Source: Candidatus Zixiibacteriota bacterium (GTDB taxonomy: Bacteria > Zixibacteria > MSB-5A5 > CAIYYT01). Taken from it: 15,340 nucleotides of DNA. The notes below the pieces were generated by a model that saw nothing but the letters and a program-made list of their open reading frames with translations, was not told the DNA's origin and did no database searches. A program made the translations under genes and the position numbers. This document shows positions 1-6,639 of this stretch, in pieces (the stretch's first letter is position 1; each line of letters starts with the position of its first letter). The DNA lies in NCBI GenBank assembly GCA_040235515.1, contig JBECKX010000173.1:1-15340 (forward strand), in the 5' to 3' direction.

Positions 1-821
1 TCAGACTTACCGAGTAACTCGTGCGGGTCTTCATAGTAAGTGATGGCTTTCTGGATATCTCCTTCAAGTCCATGCACCGCCAGATTCATCTTGGCCAGGC
101 GGATGGTGGTCGCGTTTTTTTCCAGACCCCGGAAAGTGAGTTTCTCGACCGGGTTTTCATCACGCCGCTCCACGAACCTGGCGCTCTGTACAAACATCCC
201 ACCGGAGCCACAAGCTGGATCTAAAACAGTGCCGCCCTCCGGCTCAAGGACATTGGCAATAAGTGACACCAGCGAAACGGGGGTGAAGAACTCACCGTTA
301 TCGTGTGCCTTAAGATCGGCAAATTGAGTCAGGAAGTACTCATAGATGCGACCGAACACATCACCGGATGCTTTCTTTAGTTCTTCGGGATTTAGCGTAC
401 GAAGCAATTGCCCCAGGACGGCGTTGTCCAATTCCTGATACTCGTTCTTAGGCAGAACACCGCGAAGATTGTCATAATCGGACTCGATAGACTCCATCGC
501 TTCAATGATAGCTTTGGCGCGATCATCGCTATCGGTCAACGCCACGAGGTAGTCAAACTGCGCCTTCGGTCGAACGAAGATTGCGCTTTTCTGAGAGAAG
601 TCTTCCTTGATCAGCTCTCGAACCTTGCCTCCGCGTTTGGGCAGGCCGGGTTCGATTTGTTCCTTCACCACAAGGAACCGGCGATAGGCATGTCGAAGGA
701 AAATCAAGCCCATTACCGGAAGGAAATACTCATTACTCGCATAGTTGGAATTGGCCCGAAGAGTGTCGGCGGCATTCCAAAGTCGTTTCTCTATTGCTTC
801 AATATGCTCAAGGTGGGCCAT
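1..821 (-). CDS. hsdM: Type I restriction-modification system methyltransferase subunit M (5' part; runs off the left edge)
   Basis: Manual translation from ATG at 821 stays open to the window edge: MAHLEHIEAIEKRLWNAADTLRANS...DVFGRIYEYFL...GEFFTPVSLV...VLDPACGSGGMF...LAKMNLAVHG. The N-terminal LW.AAD.LR, GEFFTP and SAM-binding motif I (DPACGSG) are typical of HsdM. It is absent from the ORF track because its stop is outside the window. Confidence 0.95.
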   Translation of the reverse strand, partial: MAHLEHIEAIEKRLWNAADTLRANSNYASNEYFLPVMGLIFLRHAYRRFLVVKEQIEPGLPKRGGKVRELIKEDFSQKSAIFVRPKAQFDYLVALTDSDDRAKAIIEAMESIESDYDNLRGVLPKNEYQELDNAVLGQLLRTLNPEELKKASGDVFGRIYEYFLTQFADLKAHDNGEFFTPVSLVSLIANVLEPEGGTVLDPACGSGGMFVQSARFVERRDENPVEKLTFRGLEKNATTIRLAKMNLAVHGLEGDIQKAITYYEDPHELLGKS

Positions 822-822
822 A

Positions 823-1071
823 CTACCTGCTTCCCCCAAAATGCTTTTTCAGTAGTTGTTTGCCTTGATCCCCCAGGTCCTGAAGCAGGTCCTCAATCTG
901 TTTCAACGCCAAAGGCGATGGCTTTGAACGGCCGTTTTCCCAACGATTGATCGTGGGAAAAGAAACCCCCAGCTTCTGAGCAAGCTTCTCCTGCGTCAGC
1001 CCCAACGTTTGACGCAGCTGAAATATCAAATCAGCCGAATCGGTGTTGGGGCCATTACTTTGAGATTTCAA
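823..1071 (-). CDS. XRE/Cro-family helix-turn-helix regulator (controller-like), 82 aa
   Basis: LRQTLGLTQEKLAQKLGVSFPTINRWENGRSKP is an HTH_3 signature. TTG start with AGGAG upstream; the stop lies 1 nt before the hsdM ATG. Confidence 0.9.
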   Translation of the reverse strand: MKSQSNGPNTDSADLIFQLRQTLGLTQEKLAQKLGVSFPTINRWENGRSKPSPLALKQIEDLLQDLGDQGKQLLKKHFGGSR

Positions 1072-1115
1072 TATGTCTCTCCTGATTGGGGCCTCCGGGA
1101 TCGGTCATCACATGC

Positions 1116-1131
1116 TATAACAAACGTTATA
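1116..1131. promoter_or_regulatory. Palindromic operator candidate TATAAC-N4-GTTATA upstream of the XRE-hsdM unit
   Basis: Perfect 6-bp inverted repeat about 45 nt upstream of the XRE start. On the minus strand it overlaps a TG-n-TATAGC extended -10-like sequence, and TTGACA lies at 1142-1147 with non-canonical spacing. Confidence 0.5.
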
Positions 1132-1185
1132 AAACTCCTGTTGTCAAGGGTTTGTTGAAGAATGTGAGATTGGCCTGATTTGGGC

Positions 1186-1222
1186 AAAAAAACGAGGACT
1201 TAAGAACAAGTCTTAAGCCCTC
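1186..1222 (-). terminator. Rho-independent terminator of the annealase-exonuclease-DUF932 unit
   Basis: Minus strand GAGGGCTTAAGA-CTTGT-TCTTAAGTCCTC (12-bp stem with one G-U pair) followed by GTTTTTTT. Confidence 0.8.
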
Positions 1223-1311
1223 TTGGGGTGTGTTCCCATTCAACCTGTCGCATTTGATTGACAATTGAAGGAGAAACGGTGGCCTGAAATGGATTCCAGG
1301 CCGGGAAAGAA

Positions 1312-2373
1312 CTAATCGATGGATTTCAGTAGTGCCCCTGCTCGACGCTCGAGGTTTACCCGAACATCGGTGTGGGGCAGCTGACGAGCGTGGGCAGTAA
1401 GTCCCTGCACCATGCCCCAGAGTGTGGAGACGTCGTCACCTTCATTTCGACCAGTTCGCCATCCGGCGATGATCTCCAAACCGGTGAATGGCTTCTCCTT
1501 GAACCATTCAGTGACTTTGTCCAGATTGTCACCGACTTTCAGCCGTGTGGCTTCGTCGACTCCTCGGGTGATTGCCTCGGTAGCCATGCGATTCTCCACA
1601 AATCGGTTCAGAGCCGGTAAGGCGTCAGACCGAAAGCGGTCTATTGCCTTTGACCGATGGACAATCTTCAGTTCCTGGACCTGCTCGGCACCCCACACAA
1701 TGTGGTTGCCACAGACATAGTTATACAGGAATGTGGTAAGGCCGAATGTGCAAGCCCCCGTTTCCGAGTTCCAGCAGAAGAATCCACGGCCGAGCTTGGC
1801 ATTGCCGACCTCGATGGGATTCTCGTCGTTTACGAAGAACGCGAACATATCGCGATCAGAGGCATACAGGCCTGCGTTGTCGGACCCTCCGTTATTTCGG
1901 GCGGGCGGCACTCGCCAGCCCGTCCCTTCAACGGCGTCTTTCAAAGAAGCCACTACGTCTGCATCCCAGATACGTCCGTACTTCGGTCCAGTGAATGCCG
2001 ACACGACTCGGTCTCCGGTTCCGCTTCGAAACAACAGCTTTGCCTGAGTGTCTCGCTTGTCAAGGCTGTGCCTGAGACATTCAATTACTGTTTCTGGCGG
2101 CAACGTGCGAAGGTATTTCGCAGGTGCGCCAACGGCGGTGCAGAGTTGGTTGAAAGACCAATTGGTCAGAATGGCTGGTTCTTCGGAGCCGTTCAGGGCT
2201 ATGCCCGAATGACCGGTGACATCGAGATGGACCTCTGGAAGTCCGCGCACCTTTTCCTCGGATGCGTCCTTAAGACGCTGAGTAAAGATCTGCAGACTGT
2301 CCAGGTCGTGGAACCTCTCGTCAGGTGGTCGGATGCACCATTGACGATGAGCATCATATAGATTCGAAGACAT
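1312..2373 (-). CDS. DUF932-like phage/plasmid/ICE protein, about 353 aa
   Basis: Motifs W..RP.DERF, YGRIWDADVV, LYASDRDMF.F and RGFF.WNSETG...Y.YVCGNH..WG resemble DUF932-family proteins. Start moved from 2526 to ATG 2373 because GGAGG lies 5 nt upstream and the longer ORF overlaps the nuclease gene. Confidence 0.75.
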   Translation of the reverse strand: MSSNLYDAHRQWCIRPPDERFHDLDSLQIFTQRLKDASEEKVRGLPEVHLDVTGHSGIALNGSEEPAILTNWSFNQLCTAVGAPAKYLRTLPPETVIECLRHSLDKRDTQAKLLFRSGTGDRVVSAFTGPKYGRIWDADVVASLKDAVEGTGWRVPPARNNGGSDNAGLYASDRDMFAFFVNDENPIEVGNAKLGRGFFCWNSETGACTFGLTTFLYNYVCGNHIVWGAEQVQELKIVHRSKAIDRFRSDALPALNRFVENRMATEAITRGVDEATRLKVGDNLDKVTEWFKEKPFTGLEIIAGWRTGRNEGDDVSTLWGMVQGLTAHARQLPHTDVRVNLERRAGALLKSID

Positions 2374-2446
2374 CATTACCTCCATGTTTGAATTTCTGTT
2401 TGGGATTTCTGTTAGGAGAAAGGCGAGCCTGCAAATACTAGCCCGC

Positions 2447-3232
2447 TCATCCCCTCCAACGTCGGCAGGGTTCTGCGAATTCGCAGTTGCCGCATTGCCA
2501 CCCGTAGTTGGGGTGATAGTAGCCACTGCTTATTGATCTGCAGACCGACTTGGCAAGGTGAAAGAACCGGACCATGTCTGACTTGTCTCGGAGCACCTCG
2601 ACTGACTGTAGTCGTGGATTCTTAGTCTTGGTGACAACATCAATTCGCAGGTTCGGCTCGCGGTCATAGAGAATGCGATAGGCATACCCATAGGCCGTGA
2701 GTTGCAAGTGATTCAGGATCGTAAGATTGTCATAGGCTCGGGCCGCTGTCTTGGTCTCGACAACGGTGTCCTCGGCTTCGAGAAGATCGAAGTAGCCATC
2801 AAGTGGCAATCCCAGATCTTCACCGGTTTCGAGGTCGACAAGCGGCACACGAAACGGAACCTCCGTGTCGTTAACCGGCTTGCCTCGGTAGCCCCTGACA
2901 TAGGCGCTGGCGAGTTTTCCTCCGACTTGTACTACGTCTTCGAGTGACTCGCCATTTTTGAACCTCAACTTCTCCTCAGCCTGCGCGCGTAGGTCTGCTG
3001 TCAGAATCCTGGCAACATCCTCAGCACTCGGAGACGAACCGTTCTTCCTGCGTTTGTGCCACCATTCAACTGCGGCGTGAAATGCGGTGCCAAGCGCCAA
3101 TTCAATTGGCTTGAATGGGCGTGGCAGCTTGTCCACATACACGAAGCGGTATTTGAGCGGACACATCAGGTAGAGGTTGATCTGCGATACTGAGACATGA
3201 TCTGTTGGATGACCGTTCCGATTGGTATTCAA
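2447..3232 (-). CDS. PD-(D/E)XK nuclease, RecB/AddB/Cas4-like exonuclease with a predicted 4Fe-4S staple
   Basis: S.SQ...Y..CP..Y, GTAFH, E...G.FDL...VVETKT (D-E-x-K), QL..Y and C-terminal CxxCxxxxxC give four Cys. The TTG start overlaps the upstream TGA (TTGA), with GAGGAGG upstream. Confidence 0.88.
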   Translation of the reverse strand: MNTNRNGHPTDHVSVSQINLYLMCPLKYRFVYVDKLPRPFKPIELALGTAFHAAVEWWHKRRKNGSSPSAEDVARILTADLRAQAEEKLRFKNGESLEDVVQVGGKLASAYVRGYRGKPVNDTEVPFRVPLVDLETGEDLGLPLDGYFDLLEAEDTVVETKTAARAYDNLTILNHLQLTAYGYAYRILYDREPNLRIDVVTKTKNPRLQSVEVLRDKSDMVRFFHLAKSVCRSISSGYYHPNYGWQCGNCEFAEPCRRWRG

Positions 3233-3921
3233 AACGGCACCTCCTCGGCCGGCTTGGCTGCGTTGACCATCTCGTCGATCAGGATGCTCGCTTTGCCTTT
3301 GGTTATCTGTTCCAACGACTCGACACCAGCTTTCTCAAGCAGGTGTCGGTGAGCGTCGTCGCCTTCGATCTGCCGTTCGGCCAGGAGCCGGAATAAGTAC
3401 CGGCGCTGAGCATCGGTCATAGGAGAATCGGAGCTGCTTGATTGCTCTGACTCGGCCTGTGGCCTTGATCTACTCCTCACGCCGGGAATCCTGTTGTTCC
3501 CGTGATTGGGCTGCGGTTCAGTCGAACCGCCGCCATTGGTCGGTCGGCCATTTCCCTCCAGGGCCAACTCCTCGATCGACACGACACCGATGTTCACGGC
3601 GTCACGGAGTGCCCTCGCTTTCGCGCGGGTCTCTGCCATCCGGATGATGTGAGGGATAATCCTCGACGCGACATTATCCGGGCTTGCATCGCCGTGACCC
3701 TTGTAAATACCGCTCTCGGTTTCCACAATGGCCAAAAAGACGGCGGTGTGACCGTTCGCTTCCTCGGGAAGCTGCACCAGCGCGGTCTCGATCTTCTTGA
3801 GACCCTGGTCGTGAGCCAGGCTCAACAAGCCCGCATACGTGACAACATCCTCGGTCGCGATTACTCGGCCCTGACGATCCTTGATTTCAATCGTCTTCAC
3901 CAGACTGCCATTTCCAGACAT
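3229..3921 (-). CDS. Putative single-strand annealing protein (Rad52/Sak/Erf-like N-domain, low-complexity linker, small helical C-domain)
   Basis: V.YAGLL..AH, G.GDA and MAETRAKARALR.A..IG.....EE motifs resemble phage annealase cores. Strong AAGGAGGT RBS; translationally coupled to an exonuclease gene. Confidence 0.6.
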   Translation of the reverse strand: MSGNGSLVKTIEIKDRQGRVIATEDVVTYAGLLSLAHDQGLKKIETALVQLPEEANGHTAVFLAIVETESGIYKGHGDASPDNVASRIIPHIIRMAETRAKARALRDAVNIGVVSIEELALEGNGRPTNGGGSTEPQPNHGNNRIPGVRSRSRPQAESEQSSSSDSPMTDAQRRYLFRLLAERQIEGDDAHRHLLEKAGVESLEQITKGKASILIDEMVNAAKPAEEVPF

Positions 3922-3981
3922 ACTGACCTCCTTAGGTTTGGGGTGATTGTGAAAAGGACTGTTTTTGTGTGATCAGTCTGG

Positions 3982-4009
3982 ACCTTAGCAGGTCTGTATA
4001 GACCGTCAA
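3982..4009 (-). promoter_or_regulatory. Sigma70-like promoter for the annealase unit, overlapped by palindromes
   Basis: Minus strand TTGACG-N16-TAAGGT with an extended -10 TG. It is overlapped by GACCT-N4-AGGTC (3981-3994) and GGTCT-N4-AGACC (3991-4004). Confidence 0.55.
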
Positions 4010-4072
4010 TTGCCGGAGCCGGCAACAAACGAGCATCGACTAGAAGCAGAATCTCTGGTAAGGTGTCGCGAT

Positions 4073-5371
4073 ATGAAGGATCAGGGCGTTACCATTTTGG
4101 GCGAGACAAACTACCGAAATCAGCGGAAGCGGTTTGGGATCAAGGATCATGACCGACAACGGCATGTTTACGTCGTCGGACAGACCGGAATGGGCAAATC
4201 TACCCTCTTGCTAAACATGCTGGTTCAGGACGTACAGCGTGGTAAGGGTGTAGCCCTGATAGACCCGCATGGCGACTTGGCGGAGCAGCTGTTAGATCAT
4301 ATCCCCCAGAGACGAATGACCGATGTCATCTACATCAACCCGGCTGACACTGAATATCCGGTAGGGCTAAATCTGCTGGATGGCGATAGATCTGCCGGGC
4401 GCCATTTGATCGCCTCTCATCTGGTTGACATTTTCAAGAAGATCTGGTCTGATTCCTGGGGGCCACGACTGGAGTACATCCTCAGAAACACAATTCTCGC
4501 GCTCCTTGAGTGCGGTGGGCACACGCTGCTTTCGATTCCCAGATTGCTTATAGATCCCGAATTCAGGGCGGTTGTGTTGAGCCGAGTGCAAGACCCGGTT
4601 GTCCGCACCTTCTGGCAGGTGGAATACGAGCTGTACCCGAAGGTGTTCCGAACGGAGACAATATCCCCTATTCAGAACAAGGTTGGTCAGTTCTTATCGG
4701 TGCCAGTGATGCGGAATATCCTCGGACAAACCCAAAACAGGGTTGATTTCCGCTCGGTAATGGATTCTGGCAGGATTTTGATCGTAAACCTGGCCAAAGG
4801 GCGGCTCGGAGAAGACAACACAAGCCTTCTGGGATCACTCATCGTCTCCAAGCTGTTCCTGACAGCCATGTCGCGGTCAGATACACCGCAAAGCCAGCGA
4901 AAGTCATATACTGTGTATATTGACGAATTTCAAAGTTTCGCATCAGACAACTTCGCCCACACACTCTCTGAAATGCGCAAATTTGGCCTCCATTTGGTCT
5001 TGGCGCACCAATACCTAGCCCAACTACCTTTACAGCTCAAATCGGCTGTATTCGGCAATGTGGGCACAACTATAACATTTCGGATCGGGGCTGAAGACGG
5101 AGAATACTTAGAACGCGAATATTGGCCCACTTTCAGGGCCTCAGACCTGCAATCGCTATCCGCATATGATATCTACGTCAAGCTCTCAATTGACGGAAAA
5201 ACGACTGACGCCTTCAGCGCCCGGACATTGCCGGAACCGGTTTTATATGAAAACCACCGTGACGCCATTGTCCAGCTGACACGTATACGCTACGGAGATG
5301 AAAAGTCAGCCGTTGAACATCGAATAGAGACCTGGATGGCCGATCCAATTAGAGCCCTTTGTGAGGGATAG
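4073..5371 (+). CDS. VirD4/TraD/TrwB-like (FtsK-HerA superfamily) P-loop ATPase without an N-terminal membrane anchor, about 432 aa
   Basis: DRQRHVYVVGQTGMGKS (Walker A), IDPHGD, VYIDEFQ (Walker B), SEMRKFGLHLVLAHQYLAQL and GNVGT..FR. ATG 4073 (AAGGTG upstream) is preferred over TTG 4010. Confidence 0.88.
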   Translation: MKDQGVTILGETNYRNQRKRFGIKDHDRQRHVYVVGQTGMGKSTLLLNMLVQDVQRGKGVALIDPHGDLAEQLLDHIPQRRMTDVIYINPADTEYPVGLNLLDGDRSAGRHLIASHLVDIFKKIWSDSWGPRLEYILRNTILALLECGGHTLLSIPRLLIDPEFRAVVLSRVQDPVVRTFWQVEYELYPKVFRTETISPIQNKVGQFLSVPVMRNILGQTQNRVDFRSVMDSGRILIVNLAKGRLGEDNTSLLGSLIVSKLFLTAMSRSDTPQSQRKSYTVYIDEFQSFASDNFAHTLSEMRKFGLHLVLAHQYLAQLPLQLKSAVFGNVGTTITFRIGAEDGEYLEREYWPTFRASDLQSLSAYDIYVKLSIDGKTTDAFSARTLPEPVLYENHRDAIVQLTRIRYGDEKSAVEHRIETWMADPIRALCEG

Positions 5372-5528
5372 ATATAGTACTAAGTCTGGGATGAAATTGC
5401 GAACGATGAAGATCAATGTGAGGCGTTTCTTTGGCTAACACAAGCCTCATAACTCATTGTCCCTGAATAGGCAAATGGCTCCTGGACTGGCTCTCTCTAA
5501 AAGGCTATGCGGGATACCACTCTGCTCG

Positions 5529-5556
5529 GAGCGATGTTTGACTGAGAACATTGCTC
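5529..5556. terminator. Stem-loop between the convergent ATPase and DUF5677-like genes
   Basis: GAGCGATGTT-N8-AACATTGCTC, a 10-bp stem with one G-U pair on the + strand. There is no U-tract, so a terminator role is uncertain. Confidence 0.3.
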
Positions 5557-5572
5557 ATGTAACAATCTCAGC

Positions 5573-6352
5573 TCATATTGGCCAGCAATCTCGTACGTCC
5601 TTATCAGTCCAAGAGTTAAATTCCTTTCCAAATAGCCTCATTAGGCAGTCGAGAAATATGTCCGCATATCGGAATACACCGCCGACATCCTGAGGTAGTG
5701 ATTTTGCAGTCCATAGCATGCCATCAGCATGCACCCGGAGAAAGCGATCGGCAAGTCGAACATCTGCATGAGTAAACGATGAGAGGTCTGCATAAAATAC
5801 GTCATAGGGCTCTTCGTGATCGACTTCAACCGCCATTTCTCGAATCGACTTTCCAGACCAATTGCGATGACCGGAACCGAAAAAAGTTGATTTTGCAGAT
5901 TCAAACTTCGATTCAATCTCTACTTCTCTCGGTTCCCATTCGTGCTTCCAAGCTGTGTTCATTGCCTCGCGCCAGTCGGCTTTTCTTGATTCGCGGTGCT
6001 TACCCCAAGCGTCCATTTGCTTCTTCTTGAGTATTGATTCAAACCTAATGTAACGATTAGCTCGATTGACACGATCTTGAGTAATGTAGTGGCTCGTTAC
6101 ATCAATCTCGAACATGGGGCGGACGATTGTATATCCCACAGTCGTGGGGAACCAATCTTCACCGAAAGCTTTATATAAAGCCTCCAGGCTTCTGGCTGCT
6201 GTCATGCTATGAATTAAGAAGCAAGCCATGAGAGAATGATATTCAGGGCCTGCGGGGTGGATTTCCTTTATGGAGGAAGCTGTTTCCGCCAGCTTAAGCA
6301 ATCGTGAAAGAATCTCCCTGTGTTGCTGATTTGTCAATCCTGGTATTGCCAT
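5573..6352 (-). CDS. DUF5677-like all-helical protein (possible HEPN-related fold), about 259 aa
   Basis: R.MFE.....YI, W.GKSIREMA and Y...Y..LS.FTH patterns. ATG 6352 has GGAG 6 nt upstream (the ORF track uses TTG 6364). Visibly more AT-rich than the host genes. Confidence 0.6.
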   Translation of the reverse strand: MAIPGLTNQQHREILSRLLKLAETASSIKEIHPAGPEYHSLMACFLIHSMTAARSLEALYKAFGEDWFPTTVGYTIVRPMFEIDVTSHYITQDRVNRANRYIRFESILKKKQMDAWGKHRESRKADWREAMNTAWKHEWEPREVEIESKFESAKSTFFGSGHRNWSGKSIREMAVEVDHEEPYDVFYADLSSFTHADVRLADRFLRVHADGMLWTAKSLPQDVGGVFRYADIFLDCLMRLFGKEFNSWTDKDVRDCWPI

Positions 6353-6465
6353 AACTATCTCCAATACCTAATTAGCCTTTTAACCTTAGCAATGTAAAAT
6401 AACTGGCTTTCAGGTGTCCGACAAGCTATATTTATAACTGAACACTCGAATCAAGGATGATGCCT

Positions 6466-6639
6466 ATGCCGAGAGAAAAAACGACCCATACGAAGCCGAA
6501 GATGATTCACATTCGACTGAGTGAGGAGCTTCACCAACAACTGCGAATACAGGTGGCCAAAGAGAATCAGACCATTCAGGACTGGGTGGAACAGCTAATC
6601 GATAAGAATGTCAAACCGGGGCGAGGGAAGCAGTCTTGA
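6466..6639 (+). CDS. Ribbon-helix-helix (CopG/Arc/ParG-like) DNA-binding protein
   Basis: KMIHIRLSEELHQQLRIQVAKENQTIQDWVEQLID is an alternating beta strand followed by two helices. AAGGA lies 8 nt before ATG 6466 (alternative ATGs at 6457 and 6460). Confidence 0.75.
   Translation: MPREKTTHTKPKMIHIRLSEELHQQLRIQVAKENQTIQDWVEQLIDKNVKPGRGKQS

Noticed and set aside
21..950. Plus-strand ORFs 21-224, 40-327 and 408-950
   Set aside because: Antisense shadows of hsdM and the XRE gene, which carry clear family motifs on the minus strand.
1258..1263. Plus-strand TTGACA
   Set aside because: No -10 element at a suitable distance, and it falls within a hairpin arm.
1081..1292. Loose CCTGA(T/A)..GG repeats at about 1081, 1174 and 1283 as a possible array
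   Set aside because: Too short and degenerate, with irregular spacing; not a CRISPR-like array.
2374..2526. N-terminal extension of the DUF932-like ORF (start 2526)
   Set aside because: It overlaps the nuclease 3' end, and a GGAGG RBS supports ATG 2373.
2447..3232. Cas4 as part of a CRISPR-Cas system
   Set aside because: No repeat-spacer array or other cas gene is seen in the window; the context fits a recombination exonuclease.
5414..5459. TGAGGC...GCCTCA stem as terminator of the ATPase gene
   Set aside because: Long loop and no U-tract; too weak to call.
6424..6439. AGCTATA-TT-TATAACT imperfect palindrome as a second site for the XRE protein
   Set aside because: Its spacing differs from the 1116-1131 palindrome, and AT-rich promoter sequence easily produces such matches.
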